Assembly: GCA_963817895.1 (NCBI GenBank)
Contig: CAWFQB010000002.1
Location: 608,001-672,000 of the forward strand
DNA length: 64,000 nucleotides
Direction: 5' to 3'
Origin: an uncultured Chthonomonadaceae bacterium
GTDB lineage: Bacteria; Armatimonadota; Chthonomonadetes; Chthonomonadales; Chthonomonadaceae
The position numbers and the translations under genes are program-made. Below are positions 49,172 to 60,148 of the stretch, piece after piece. The notes under the pieces are model-generated. The model saw only the letters and a list, made by a program, of their open reading frames with translations, did no database searches and was not told where the DNA came from. Positions within the stretch are counted from its first letter, which is position 1, and the number at the start of each line of letters is the position of its first letter.

Positions 49172-50362
49172 ATGATGCACAGCAGAGCGGAAGGGGGTTC
49201 CTTCATGGTTCCAACCGCCTCGGTAGCTTTGCTTGACAACCACGCAGGGGAAGAAGACGCTATGGATATGCCCGGTTACCCATCCGGCGAACATGCGCCG
49301 CGACGACGGCGCGCAGGTGGCGGACGCAAACGTAAGACGGATACTGCCTCGTTGGTTCCGGCGAGTGTTGGCGGAAGTTCCGCCGACCTTGACACGTCGC
49401 AGGTGCGGCGTCTGCTGGAAGATTTTGTGTCCGAAGACGAGGAGCCTGCCGATCTCGAACGAGCGGATGATATGTCTCCGATAGAACAGCGGATGCGGGC
49501 GCGTTCGGGACATCCCGGCGTTACGTCCGTTCCCGATGACATCCATTCGTCTATTTTGCAGCCCGGTGGCAAAACCGCCCTGCTGACGCCCTGCCAGGAA
49601 ATTATTCTTGCGCGTCGCATCGAACATGGCGACCATCTGGCGAAAGATGCCCTTGTCAACAGCAATCTGCGATTGGTCACGTCCATAGCGCAGCGCTACC
49701 AGGGGCGCGGTCTGGCGATGGAAGATTTAATGCAGGAGGGCGTTATCGGCCTGATACGCGCCGCCGAAAAGTTCAACTGGCGGCGCGGCTTCCGCTTCAG
49801 CACGTATGCTACGCACTGGATTCGGCAGACGATTATGCGCGCCATTGCCAATTCGGGGCGCAGCATCCGCCTGCCCGCGTATGTCGTGGATACCATCGGA
49901 CGCTTAACGCGCATCCGGGGCGAACTGGAAAACACATTGGGACGCGCCCCCTCCCGCGCGGAACTGGCGCAGGCGGCGGGGATGCAGGAAGACCAGCTTA
50001 TCGAACTGCTGCAAAGCATGGTGGAACCGGCTTCGCTGGATATGCCGCTTGGCGAAGACGGCGAACGCAGTTTGGCGGAAGTGATCCCCGCCGAGGAGAA
50101 CCAGAGTCCATCCGCCCGCGTGTTCCGCCATGCCGTACAGGAAGAGGTAGCCCGCGCCCTGAAAAGCCTGACTCCCCGCGAACAGGAGGTTCTGCGCCTG
50201 CGCTTCGGCCTCAACGGTTACGAGCCGCACACATTAGAGCAGATCGGCAAAGAACTGCACATGACGCGGGAACGCGCCCGACAGTTGGAACTACAGGCGC
50301 TGGAAAAATTGCGCGGCAACCGGGCCGGCGCGCGCTTAAAGGAAACACTGTCAAGCGAGTAG
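49172..50362 (+). CDS. RpoD/SigA-family (alternative) sigma-70 factor
   Basis: [32 protein letters not shown]...TRERARQ. Confidence 0.92.
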   Translation: MMHSRAEGGSFMVPTASVALLDNHAGEEDAMDMPGYPSGEHAPRRRRAGGGRKRKTDTASLVPASVGGSSADLDTSQVRRLLEDFVSEDEEPADLERADDMSPIEQRMRARSGHPGVTSVPDDIHSSILQPGGKTALLTPCQEIILARRIEHGDHLAKDALVNSNLRLVTSIAQRYQGRGLAMEDLMQEGVIGLIRAAEKFNWRRGFRFSTYATHWIRQTIMRAIANSGRSIRLPAYVVDTIGRLTRIRGELENTLGRAPSRAELAQAAGMQEDQLIELLQSMVEPASLDMPLGEDGERSLAEVIPAEENQSPSARVFRHAVQEEVARALKSLTPREQEVLRLRFGLNGYEPHTLEQIGKELHMTRERARQLELQALEKLRGNRAGARLKETLSSE

Positions 50363-50401
50363 CCCTCGATGGGCGCTAAATTAGAAGGCAGATAAAGAAG
50401 C

Positions 50402-50436
50402 AACAGGGACGAGCGACGAAACGCTTTGTCCCTGTT
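50402..50436 (+). terminator. Intrinsic terminator after the sigma gene
   Basis: AACAGGGAC.../GTCCCTGTTT hairpin. Confidence 0.55.
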
Positions 50437-50446
50437 TCCATTCTGC

Positions 50447-50475
50447 TTGTCAAACCCAACAGCCTTTGCTATAAT
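50447..50475 (+). promoter_or_regulatory. Sigma-70 promoter of the TA operon
   Basis: TTGTCA-N17-TATAAT with extended TGn. Confidence 0.65.
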
Positions 50476-50549
50476 ACATTTATCAACTCGAAAATAAGAA
50501 GCGACTGCAACGGGACATGACCGCTATCTTAAATGTGAGGAGGAATATA

Positions 50550-50810
50550 ATGACCACACTGGAACTAGAAAAACGATTAACGGCTCTTGAAGCCGAAGTT
50601 GTTTCGTTAAAGCAACAGACAACCACGAATAAACCTACAGCAGTATTGCCTTCCTCAGTTCCATGGTGGCAGGAAATATCCGGCGCGTTCAAAGATGATC
50701 CTATTTTCGATGAAGCCATGCGCTTAGGCCGTGAATGGCGGATGTCTCAGCGCGAGGACTACGACAAAGAAGAAAACATCGAACAGGATGACACACATGG
50801 TTCTGCTTGA
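50550..50810 (+). CDS. Antitoxin (VapB-like)
   Basis: GAGGAGG RBS; PWWQEISGAFKDDPIFDEAMRLGREWR; overlaps the PIN toxin gene. Confidence 0.75.
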   Translation: MTTLELEKRLTALEAEVVSLKQQTTTNKPTAVLPSSVPWWQEISGAFKDDPIFDEAMRLGREWRMSQREDYDKEENIEQDDTHGSA

Positions 50811-51219
50811 TACCGACTTGATGAGTCTTCTGGAACGCGAAGGCACAGAAGCGCAACGGTTGCGGATGCGATTGGCAATCGTTCCACTAGACGATCTCGC
50901 TACAACAATCATCAGTTACGAGGAACAGACACGAGGCTGGCTATCCTACATGGCACAAGCGCGCACAGAAGAAGCGCGGATAGAAGCCTACGTTCGTATG
51001 CAAAATCATTTGCGCCTGTATTGTAAAATACCCATCGTTGCCTACGATGCGCGGGCGGCACCCGAGTATGAGCGGCTGCGACAGGCGAAAATTCGTATCG
51101 GCACAATGGACTTGAAAATTGCCGCAATTGCTCTTGCCAATAACGCTTTATTGCTGACGCGCAATGTGTCCCACTTCTCCAAAGTGCCAAATCTACGCTT
51201 TGAAGATGGAACCGCCTGA
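50797..51219 (+). CDS. vapC: VapC-family PIN toxin
   Basis: LLDTD, SYEE, MDLKIAAIAL, TRN..HF. Confidence 0.88.
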   Translation: MVLLDTDLMSLLEREGTEAQRLRMRLAIVPLDDLATTIISYEEQTRGWLSYMAQARTEEARIEAYVRMQNHLRLYCKIPIVAYDARAAPEYERLRQAKIRIGTMDLKIAAIALANNALLLTRNVSHFSKVPNLRFEDGTA

Positions 51220-51381
51220 CTCGGCTTAAGGACACAGACAGGAGAGTGGAGAAATACAGGGCAAAGCAACGCAGGCCATTGCTTTGCCCCGAAAACATTT
51301 GGGTTCCACTTTTATCAAGGATTTGTATTCTCTTTTCGTGTATTCCGCGTGTTTCGCGGTTCACTCTCAGGAGGTTATTCA

Positions 51382-52840
51382 ATGGCGAAGAAGATAGCGA
51401 TGATCGGCGCGGGCAGCGTCGTGTTTTGCAAGACGCTGATGAGCGATATTATGGCGACGCCCGCGCTGGCGGACAGCGAGTTCGCGCTGATGAGTCCGAC
51501 GGAAAGCAAGCTGCGGCGCATGGAAGCGTTCGGGCAGCGCATGGTTCGCGACAACGACCTGCCCGGCAAAGTGTGGGCGACGACCGATCGGCGCGAAGCC
51601 ATCCAGGACGCCGATTTCGTGGTCGTGATGATTCAGGTCGGCGGCTTTCATGCGTATGGCGTGGATTACGAGATACCGCTCAAGTACGGCATGGACCAGT
51701 GCATCGGCGACACGCTCGGGCCGGGCGGCATTTTCCGGGGACAGCGGCATATTCCCGTGCTGGTGGACATCGCCAGCGATATGGAGGCGGTCGCCAAACC
51801 GGGCGCGATCATGCTGCAATACGCGAACCCGATGGCCGCCAACTGCCTTGCGCTCGGACGAGTCTAGCAATGTGCCGTTCATCGGCCTGTGTCACGGCGT
51901 CCAGACCACGCTGGATTTGATTGCCGGCTACTGCAACGTGCCGAAAGACGAGATCACGTTCGTCTGCGGCGGCATCAACCACATGGACTGGTTCCTGAAA
52001 CTGGAACACAAGGGGCGCGACCTGTACCCGCAACTGCGCGAATGTTTCGAGAAGCCGGAATACTACAAGAACGAGAAGGTGCGCGGCGAAGTGTTCCGGC
52101 AGTTCGGCTACTTCATGACCGAATCGACCGGGCATCTGTCGCGAGTACGTGCCCTGGTTCCGCAAAAGCAAGGCCGCGCTGGATCTGTACTGCGACGAAC
52201 CCGCGTTCGGCGGCGAGTCGGGCGCGTACTACAAATGGGGCAAGGCGATGGCGGAAAAGTACGCCGAGGTGGACCCGCTGCAATTCGAGATCGACGGCGA
52301 TCGAAGCCCGCAGCGTGGAATACTGCTCCTATATTCTGGAAGCGGTCACGACCGGCAAACCGTTCCGGCTGATGGGCAACGTGTGCAACAACGGCTACAT
52401 CACGAACCTGCCCGCCGACTGCTGCGTGGAAGTGCCGACGTTTGCCGATGATACCGGCCTGCATCCGACCGTGATCGGCAACCTGCCGCCGCAGTGCGCC
52501 GCGCTGTGCATGACCAATATCAACGTGCAGCAGTTGTGCGCCGAAGCCGCTCTAACCGGCGACCCGGAGCATCTCGTTCACGCGCTGGCCCTCGACCCGC
52601 TCACGGCTGCCGTGCTGACCCTCAAAGAGATCCGCGACATGACGGGCGAAATGCTGGAACGAACTGCGCCCGTACCTGCCGCAGTTCGAGGGCAAGTCCC
52701 TGCGCCCGACGCCGATTATCAGCATCCCGGAAAACTGCGCGGCTGTTGACGTGCCGCTCGACCCCGCCCTCGCCATCGGCAAGCGCTTCGGTACGCTCAT
52801 CGAACAAAAAACCGATGCGTCTGAACCTGTCCCGGCATAA
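51382..52840 (+). CDS. GH4 alpha-galactosidase/glucosidase (several frameshifts)
   Basis: IAMIGAGS, IGDTLGPGG, YANP, GLCHG, GINH, TESTGH, VEVP, DPLT. Confidence 0.88.
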
Positions 52841-52850
52841 AGCAACCATA

Positions 52851-52897
52851 AACCACGGAGAACACGGAGAGGAGATTGAACCACGGGGGACACGGGG
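52851..52897. repeat. AACCACGGAGAACACGGAG 9-bp-period repeat, two copies
   Basis: Read directly from the sequence; related reverse tract at about 51333-51361. Confidence 0.6.
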
Positions 52898-52987
52898 AGA
52901 AGAAGGGGAAGGAGAGTCGGGAGTGATGGGAGAAATTCTGTTGGCGTCGGCTCATCGGGTGTATAATAGGGGAAGGAGGTTGAGACT

Positions 52988-53248
52988 ATGCAATCCGCAT
53001 TGAAACTGACAGCGACGGTGCTTTCCGGCAAGCGCGTGGAGTTTACCGCGCCTGAACTGACCGAGGGCGAATGTATCGAAGTTATTGTTCTGAAAGACGC
53101 GCCTGTTTCCGTAATTCCAAAACCGGAGCCTCAATTCGCGTCTGCATGGGATTTCATTCAGTCGCTGCCGCCTTCCAACTTAACGGCGGAAGATTGGGAG
53201 CGGATGGAGCGTGAATTTCAAGAGGAGCGTAACTCGTGGGGCGACTGA
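52988..53248 (+). CDS. Antitoxin-like protein
   Basis: GGAGG RBS; ends EEERNSW-like motif (FQEERNSWGD) and overlaps the PIN gene. Confidence 0.75.
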   Translation: MQSALKLTATVLSGKRVEFTAPELTEGECIEVIVLKDAPVSVIPKPEPQFASAWDFIQSLPPSNLTAEDWERMEREFQEERNSWGD

Positions 53249-53835
53249 TCTTGCCGCTATCGGGGTTAATATACGCCGATGCGCAAATTCCCATATACAG
53301 CGTAGATAACCATCTCAAATATGGCGCTATTTGCGCTCCACTTTGGCAAGTGAAAGCAGGCGCAACTCTAGTATCCAGTGAATTGACACTGATGGAAACG
53401 CTTGTTGGTCCGTTGCGGAGTGGAAATACAGTCAGGCAAAATCAGCGTGAAGCCCTCTGGCAACAGGTCAATACCCGGCTGTTGCCCATCACGCAGGACG
53501 TTCTGCGGGAAGCGGCGCGACTTCGCGCCACCATTCCCGCCCTGAAAACGCCGGACGCCATTCACGCGGCAACCGCTCTGCGGAATGGCTGTGTTTTGTT
53601 CGTTTCCAACGATACGGGATTTCGCCGTATCCCCGGCCTGCCGCTTGTTTTGTTGGATGATGTTCTTGCCGCGCCACAGGCAAACCTTAGCAGCGCGGCT
53701 TGTCACGCTTATGGGATTACGGCTGCTGAAACCATTTCGAGGACGCGGCGCAGGCCATCGTCACCGCCCATGCTGCCCTCGTTGAAGGGGGTGCGCGGAA
53801 TGGGTTTCCAGTTGTCGCGGGACGTGTCCACCTGA
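53236..53835 (+). CDS. vapC: VapC-family PIN toxin (C-terminally extended)
   Basis: IYADAQIPIY, SELTLME, KTPDAIHAATA, SND. Confidence 0.82.
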   Translation: MGRLILPLSGLIYADAQIPIYSVDNHLKYGAICAPLWQVKAGATLVSSELTLMETLVGPLRSGNTVRQNQREALWQQVNTRLLPITQDVLREAARLRATIPALKTPDAIHAATALRNGCVLFVSNDTGFRRIPGLPLVLLDDVLAAPQANLSSAACHAYGITAAETISRTRRRPSSPPMLPSLKGVRGMGFQLSRDVST

Positions 53836-54971
53836 AAGGTTTGCGGCAGGCCGGTCAGGGTGGGGTCGTACTGCCCGTTGTTGCCGCCGAGTTTGTAAAT
53901 GACAATATCCAACGAGGGGACGACGAAAATGCCGAATCCGCCCGCGCCCGACTTGTAATAAGCGTCACGCGGCGCACCCGCAACGTGTCCGTCGGAATTG
54001 TTCTCGAACATCAGGCTGAAGGGCGTGTGCGGATTATAAGGCAGGGGATTGTTGCATTTGGCGATGTAATCGGCAGGGACAAGCTGCTTGCCGTTCCATT
54101 GCCCGTTGCGCAACAGGCAGTAGCCGAAGCGCAGGGCGTCCGTCGCGTGAACAGCCGTGCTGCCCGCGCCGTTCGCGTGAGGCATGACATAATCGCCCCG
54201 GTGCAGGCAATAGTCCCACGCGCCCCACCCCATCGGCTTCGCCAGACGGGTATCAATATAATCCCGCAGTTCCATGCCCGTGACATGCCGCAGCACAATG
54301 GAGGCGATGTGCGGCGCGGGCGAAGAGTACGAATAGCCGCCTCCCGGAACCGTCCACAACGGCGTTTTTAGCGACGATTGATCCAGATTGCGAATGTCCT
54401 GTCCGGGTACGGGCTGTAACGGCACGACCTGCCCGTTCGTTACGCCGGGACTGCCGCCTTCGCCGTGATACCCCGCCGACATGCACAGCAGTTGTCCCAA
54501 TGTTATATTGGCCTTGCGCGGATCGTCGAGCGGGAATGCTTCGGGCAGATATTGCGGCGTAAATACCTTTGTATCCAATCCCTCCGGTATTTTGTCGTGA
54601 AACTCATGCAGCATGATGCCGCAGGCGATGCTTGTATACGCTTTTCCTGTCGAGGCCATATCCGGGTTGGCGTTGCGAGCCGCGCGGCCATAGTATTTTT
54701 CGTAGACGAGATAGCCGTGCCGCACAACCAGCAGGCCGCCGTTCTGGCTGCACCGCTGCGTGAAATCATAAGCCTGTTCCAGCCGCGCCAAATCCATGCC
54801 CGCCAGTTTGCGAATGGCAGCCGCGTCTTTGAGCGTTCGCCAGCCGCCCTGCGCATCCGGGGGCGGAAAATAATCGGCGGGTTTGGCCTGCGTCAGCGTG
54901 GACGCGAGCAGCAGAAGCAGAGTCAGGGCGCATGTCGCGGAACGGCCCGCAAACCGGCAAATACCAATCAT
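53709..54971 (-). CDS. Secreted serine hydrolase, beta-lactamase (AmpC) family
   Basis: Signal peptide; STGK (SxxK), YSS, LRFG, IVIYK. Confidence 0.88.
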   Translation of the reverse strand: MIGICRFAGRSATCALTLLLLLASTLTQAKPADYFPPPDAQGGWRTLKDAAAIRKLAGMDLARLEQAYDFTQRCSQNGGLLVVRHGYLVYEKYYGRAARNANPDMASTGKAYTSIACGIMLHEFHDKIPEGLDTKVFTPQYLPEAFPLDDPRKANITLGQLLCMSAGYHGEGGSPGVTNGQVVPLQPVPGQDIRNLDQSSLKTPLWTVPGGGYSYSSPAPHIASIVLRHVTGMELRDYIDTRLAKPMGWGAWDYCLHRGDYVMPHANGAGSTAVHATDALRFGYCLLRNGQWNGKQLVPADYIAKCNNPLPYNPHTPFSLMFENNSDGHVAGAPRDAYYKSGAGGFGIFVVPSLDIVIYKLGGNNGQYDPTLTGLPQTFQVDTSRDNWKPIPRTPFNEGSMGGDDGLRRVLEMVSAAVIP

Positions 54972-54984
54972 AAAATGTCCTCTT

Positions 54985-56346
54985 TTAATGTCCTGTTTTG
55001 AAAACCGTCACGTAAACCAGATAGATATTGAGGGCGGCAATGACGACGGCAATACTCCACCCAGTGGCTTTCGTCCACGCGCCGTTGACAAACGGCCCCA
55101 TCTTGTCTCGGTTACTGGTAAATTGTACCAGAGGAATGACCGCGAATGACAACTGCGCCGACAGCACCACCTGACTGAAAATGAGCAGTTTTTCCGTGCC
55201 ATTCTCGCCATAACGCGCGATCACGAGGACGGCAGGCACAATCGCCAATCCGCGCGAAATCATACGGCGAAGCCAGGGCTTGATGTGGAGATGCGTAAAG
55301 CCCTCCAGCACGATCTGTCCGGCCATTGTTCCCGTAAGCGTGGAGTTCTGCCCCGACGCCAGCAGCGCAATCGCAAACAGCGGGGTCGCCAGCGACGCGC
55401 CGACAATGGGCGAAATCAGTTTGTACGCCTTCTGGATGCTGTCCACGTCGTGCCGTCCCGTCCGGTAAAAGGTAGCGGCGGCGAGTATCAGAATAGCGGC
55501 GTTGACGAATAAAGCGAGCGTCAGCGCGATGGTCGAATCCGTATACGCCATTTTCAAGGCGTCGCGCAATTCAGCAAAGGTTTTGCCGTAAGCCCGCGTC
55601 TGCACAATGGAAGAGTGAAGATACAGGTTGTGTGGCATCACGGTCGCGCCCAGAATACCGAGCGCGATGTACAGCATGTCCCGATTGCGTATGATTTCCG
55701 TATGCGGCACAAAGCCCGACAGCACGGCAGCCACTTCCGGGCGGGCGTAAATCAGTTCCAGCGCGAAAATCGCCATCATGGTCGCAATCAGCGTGATTAC
55801 CAGAATTTCGAGCCAGCGGAAACCCTTATGCTGCAAAGCCAGCACGATTAAGACATCCAACGCGGTCAGCACAACGCCGATGACCATCGGAATATGCCAC
55901 AGCAGATTGAGCGCGATGGCTGCCCCGATCACTTCGGCAATGTCGCAGGCCACAATGGCGATCTCCGCCGACAGCCATAGCATCAGGGAAACCGGCTTGC
56001 CATAAGCGTCCCGGCACGCCTGCGCCAGATCACGGCCTGCCACAATGCCCAGTTTCGCGGCCAACGCCTGCAAAAATATCGCGAGAAAGTTGGAAATAAG
56101 AATCACGGACAGCAGGCGGTAGTTGTACATCGCGCCGCCCGCAATATCCGTCGCCCAGTTGCCGGGGTCCATGTAGCCTACCGCCACCAGATACCCCGGC
56201 CCCGCAAACGCCAGCAGTTTGCGCAGCCAGCCGACATTGAGCGGCACAGCAATAGAACGGTGTACTTCGGGCAGGCTGGGATTGCCCCCCTGTTCGCGCC
56301 ATCCCGCCGTCACGGGCGTCTCTTCCAACATAAGTTCCTTTTCCAA
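54985..56346 (-). CDS. mntH: Nramp divalent metal (Mn2+) transporter
   Basis: YMDPGNWATD and MPHNLYLHS motifs. Confidence 0.96.
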   Translation of the reverse strand: MEKELMLEETPVTAGWREQGGNPSLPEVHRSIAVPLNVGWLRKLLAFAGPGYLVAVGYMDPGNWATDIAGGAMYNYRLLSVILISNFLAIFLQALAAKLGIVAGRDLAQACRDAYGKPVSLMLWLSAEIAIVACDIAEVIGAAIALNLLWHIPMVIGVVLTALDVLIVLALQHKGFRWLEILVITLIATMMAIFALELIYARPEVAAVLSGFVPHTEIIRNRDMLYIALGILGATVMPHNLYLHSSIVQTRAYGKTFAELRDALKMAYTDSTIALTLALFVNAAILILAAATFYRTGRHDVDSIQKAYKLISPIVGASLATPLFAIALLASGQNSTLTGTMAGQIVLEGFTHLHIKPWLRRMISRGLAIVPAVLVIARYGENGTEKLLIFSQVVLSAQLSFAVIPLVQFTSNRDKMGPFVNGAWTKATGWSIAVVIAALNIYLVYVTVFKTGH

Positions 56347-56349
56347 TAT

Positions 56350-56997
56350 CTATCCTACATAGATTCGAGCGGCTGCCTGCGGCGCTACGCGCGCGAGTTC
56401 ATCCCCGACGCGCACAAGGTACGCGCCGCCGAAAGGCTCCTGCTCCACAAATTCAATCGCCGTGCCGGGAAGCAACCCCAACTGCTTCAGATGGCGCAAT
56501 AACGCGGCGTCCTCGTCGGCCACGCGGCGTATGGTCAGATGCGCCGGGGCATGTTGCTGCGCCAGTGTGCGCGTGGAAACCGGCGCGATCACGCCGTCGC
56601 GGGTCGGGATCGGGTCGCCATGCGGACACGCGGCAGGATGACCGAGCAGAGCGTCAATGCGCTCCTCGAACTCTTCGCTGATATGGTGTTCCAGCCGTTC
56701 CGCCTCTTCGTGTACCGCATCCCACTCATAGCCCAGCGCCTGTACGAGATAGAGTTCCAGCAGACGGTGATGCCGGATGATTTCCAGCGCCATTTTTTCG
56801 CCGGCGGGCGTCAACAGAACACCGTGATAGGGCGTATGATCCACCAGCCGCAGTTCCGTCAGGCGCTTGAGCATTTTGCTGACGGCTGCCGCGCTCACCT
56901 GTATACGCGCCGCCAACTCCTGCGTAGTAACCTCGCCGGTCTGCTGATGAGTTTTATAGATCGCCTTGATGTAATCCTCAACGGAAGGAGAAGACAT
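56350..56997 (-). CDS. mntR: DtxR/MntR-family metal-dependent repressor with FeoA domain
   Basis: EDYIKAIY, RHHRLLE, EAERLEH, CPHGDPIP. Confidence 0.92.
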   Translation of the reverse strand: MSSPSVEDYIKAIYKTHQQTGEVTTQELAARIQVSAAAVSKMLKRLTELRLVDHTPYHGVLLTPAGEKMALEIIRHHRLLELYLVQALGYEWDAVHEEAERLEHHISEEFEERIDALLGHPAACPHGDPIPTRDGVIAPVSTRTLAQQHAPAHLTIRRVADEDAALLRHLKQLGLLPGTAIEFVEQEPFGGAYLVRVGDELARVAPQAAARIYVG

Positions 56998-57033
56998 GCC
57001 ATACTCCCGAATTTTAACCCCGCTCAGTTCCTG

Positions 57034-57090
57034 ATATTAACTTCGGTTAATTTCCATTTCTACTATACCCCGTATTTGGTTAAAGGGCAA
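57034..57090 (-). promoter_or_regulatory. mntR-mntH promoter and DtxR/MntR-type operator
   Basis: TTGCCC-N17-TATAGT on the minus strand; ATTAAC-N4-GTTAAT palindrome at 57036-57051 downstream of the -10. Confidence 0.6.
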
Positions 57091-57158
57091 GTCAAATATG
57101 AACTTTGTTTCTCCTGTTGCTCCATTCTATCCAATCCGTTGCCTGACAGAGGCAAAAT

Positions 57159-57192
57159 AGAGGGGAGAAACTCTGATAAGTTTCTCCCCTCT
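57159..57192 (-). terminator. Terminator of the pilus operon
   Basis: 14-bp perfect IR AGAGGGGAGAAACT/AGTTTCTCCCCTCT followed by ATTTT on the minus strand. Confidence 0.6.
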
Positions 57193-57231
57193 GTTCCACA
57201 TTTTCAGCCGCGAATTACGATGGCAACAGGT

Positions 57232-58056
57232 TTACGGCGATGGTTCTTCGAAAGTGACGCTATTGGCGGCTCCGGTCGCGGTGATGCGGCGCACAGGGCC
57301 GAACGTCGCGTTAGGAGCCATGCTGCCGGGAGCATTGAAGCCCTGTTGGCCGGGCTTGATGGGCATGGCCGCGCTCAGAGACTTGCCAACCTGAATGAAC
57401 CACGTCTGCTTGCCCTGCTTCACATAAACGCCGTCTTCCGTGATGCGCGCTACCGACATGTTGTACGGCATTTTCTCCCCGGCGGACAGGGGATAGGCGC
57501 GGTCGCCGATATGAATCACTGCCACCGCCTGCGGGCCGGCAATAACGCCCGCCAGAATTACCTGATTGGCCTGCAAATTCGCGTCCGTTCCCGGCATCAT
57601 GCTATTGGACTGCGGCGCAATGGGATGTGGAACAAAAGTCGGTTGGATTGTGGTTATGGTCGGCGGAAACACCCGTACTCGTGGCGGCGAGGTGGGCCGG
57701 ATAACCTGACCGGTGACTGGACGATTGAATGGATTTACGTCCGTTGGCACGGTGGGCGTGAAAGGGTCATGCGTTGTCGCCGGTTCCACAACCGCATCGT
57801 CAAACATATTGCCTTTGCTGTTGCTTGCGACATTCTGGCCTGGAGTTCCCATTCCCGCGTTGAGCGGCGCGACAGTCGAAGTTCCCGGTGTGGCGGATAC
57901 CCCGGTTGAAGCATCGGCAGTTCCGGGTTGAGCGGCTGCCGTGTTATTGCCGCCCGTAATCTGTGGCAGTAAGCGAGTGACGCCGAACAGCAGCACCGCG
58001 CCGATAGCGACTCCCAACCCAATAATTTGCGGGCGTTCTTCTGGTTTTATCTTCAT
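57232..58056 (-). CDS. PilP/GspC-like membrane-anchored pilus assembly protein
   Basis: MKIKPEE + TM, HDPF motif, Pro-rich linker, LAGVIAG..AVI beta domain. Confidence 0.65.
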   Translation of the reverse strand: MKIKPEERPQIIGLGVAIGAVLLFGVTRLLPQITGGNNTAAAQPGTADASTGVSATPGTSTVAPLNAGMGTPGQNVASNSKGNMFDDAVVEPATTHDPFTPTVPTDVNPFNRPVTGQVIRPTSPPRVRVFPPTITTIQPTFVPHPIAPQSNSMMPGTDANLQANQVILAGVIAGPQAVAVIHIGDRAYPLSAGEKMPYNMSVARITEDGVYVKQGKQTWFIQVGKSLSAAMPIKPGQQGFNAPGSMAPNATFGPVRRITATGAANSVTFEEPSP

Positions 58057-60096
58057 TGTTTTTTGCCCTTGTTTACAAAGATGTCGGCAGGCAGTTTGCG
58101 AGTCGCGCGGGTTCGGGATCGTAAGGCGGGTTTCTTCGATTACTTTCGCCTGCGAATTCGCCCGCTCCGCTTCGGTCATCGTGTTCGTCAGATGCGGCGT
58201 AATAAAGACCATCACCTCGCTACGAGTGCGGTTGTGCTGGCGATACTTGAACAACTCGCCCACGAGCGGCAATTTCGACAAAATCGGCACTTCCGAAACC
58301 GTGCGCGACACATCATCGCGGATCAGGCCGCCGATGATAATGGTTTCGCCATCCGAAACCATGACGGTTGTTTCCGCTTCACGATTGCTTGTCTGCGGAA
58401 TGTTGCCGGCGGACAGGGACGTGATGGTGCTGACAACCGGATGGACGCGCATCGTTATATGGCCGTCCGCATTAACGCGCGGGCGCACCAGCAGAATGAT
58501 TCCGACCGGGAATTCCAGCACCTGAATCGTCGTGCCGGAAATGCCCGACTGCGAAATCTGCGTTCGGACGGTATCGCCGATGAAAATACTGGCGTCGTCG
58601 TTATCCGTTACCTGAACGCGCGGGTCGGCAAGCATCTTGCTGTTGGTGCGCGTGGTCAAAGCGCTGATCTGCGCGCCGAAGGCCGGTCCCAACCGGGTGA
58701 ATGTCGCGCTGTTGAAAGCGCCACTGGTAGGGTTCGCCAACCCGCCATTAGCAGGATTCAGAAGCTGTCCGACCGGGTTGTTGCCTGCTGTGATGGGAGC
58801 ATATTGATACTGTACGCCCAAAGCCTCCACAAACGATGGGGACACATCAATCACTTTCACTTCCACCATCACCTGACGCGGGGCTACGTCAACCTGTTCC
58901 AGTAAAGTCAGCACCTGCGTGATGTCGCCGATTGTGCCGCTCAACACAAGCGTTTTGGCGCGGTCATTCACGCCGCCCCGCCCGTTCGATGTGGAAGTGT
59001 TTCCACCCACCACGCCGCCGGCATTCGCGTTCTGCACACCCGTATCCAGGCTGCCGCCGCCGCTCTGTTCTGTGGAGGTTCCCCCCGTATTGCTTTGCGT
59101 GGTTGACGAGCCGCCGACGCTGCTGGACGCGGATCCCAATGACCCGCCCGTCAGCGGGGTAAAAGAGGGCTTGGGCGGCGAGTAGCTTTCCGGGCCGGTC
59201 AGCACTGTCACTGTAGGCGCGGCACTCTGCAAAAAGGAACGGAGGACGCGCGCGCTGCTGTATTTGATGTTGTAGATACGGTATACGCGGTCGGGTTCTT
59301 TGGGAAGCGCGGTGGCGTCTATAGTTGCCAGGGACTGCCGCGCCCGGTCAATAATGGAGCGCGGGCCGGCAAAACCGATGGAGCCGCCGGCTTTGGCCGG
59401 GTCGCCAATGGCCTCGATTTTCAGTTCAGGATACAGGCTTTTCAGCACGTTCACGGCCTGCGCGGGAATGACATTTTGCACGGCGACTACTTGCGTCTGG
59501 CTCGGATCGGGAGTGCGCAGCGTATCCTGTTCGCGCAGCAGCGCCTGCGCCTGCTGCAAATCCGCTGCCGCGCCAATCAGTAAAACCTGCGACCCGGCAG
59601 GCCGCGCCGTGACATAAGGAAATGCGTCTTCGATCACTTTCATGGCGGCGGCGGGAGATAGCGAGGTCAGCGGCACGCGCGCCTGCTCTCCCAACGGCTC
59701 AATCGCCTGCCGCAACGCGCTTGCCGGGGCCACCACATACGAGTTGCCCACCTGCCGGAACGCCAGCCCGGATGCCGCCGTGATATAGCGCAGGGCCTCT
59801 TCCGTCGTGGAAGCATTGACGTTGATGGTGACGGATTTTTTGCCCTGCCCCGCATACACAATATTGTCTTTGGTGCGGACGCCCAGGGCTTGCAGCACTT
59901 CGGAAACATCGGTATCCACAAAACGGATGCGGATGTCGCCCTTGCGCGGATTGTTCATTTGCAAGACGCCGCTTTTCAGGCCGGCAGTTTGGCTGTTGCC
60001 GTACAAAGGAGTTTGCGTGGCGATTGCGGCGGTCAATGGCAGCAGCAAGTGGCGCGGTTTCAGAACCGCTCTACGTTTGAAGGTTCGCGTGTGCAT
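58053..60096 (-). CDS. Type II/IV secretion secretin (GspD/PilQ family)
   Basis: STN-like N-terminus, QVMVEVKVI, VGIILLVRP, GETIIIGGL, VPILSKLPLVGELF, VFITP. Confidence 0.9.
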
Positions 60097-60148
60097 GTCT
60101 CTCAGGATTCCCCTTTACGCGCCAAACTACACGCGATTGATGAAGGAT

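Noticed and set aside
56539..57909. 456-aa plus-strand ORF
   Set aside because: Antisense to mntR and the pilP-like gene, with no recognisable motif
57232..60096. 954-aa secretin-PilP fusion in the ORF track
   Set aside because: An alternative frame gives KLPADIFVNKGKKQ* with an ATGA overlap onto MKIKPEE, so this is most likely two genes joined by a 1-bp error near 58100
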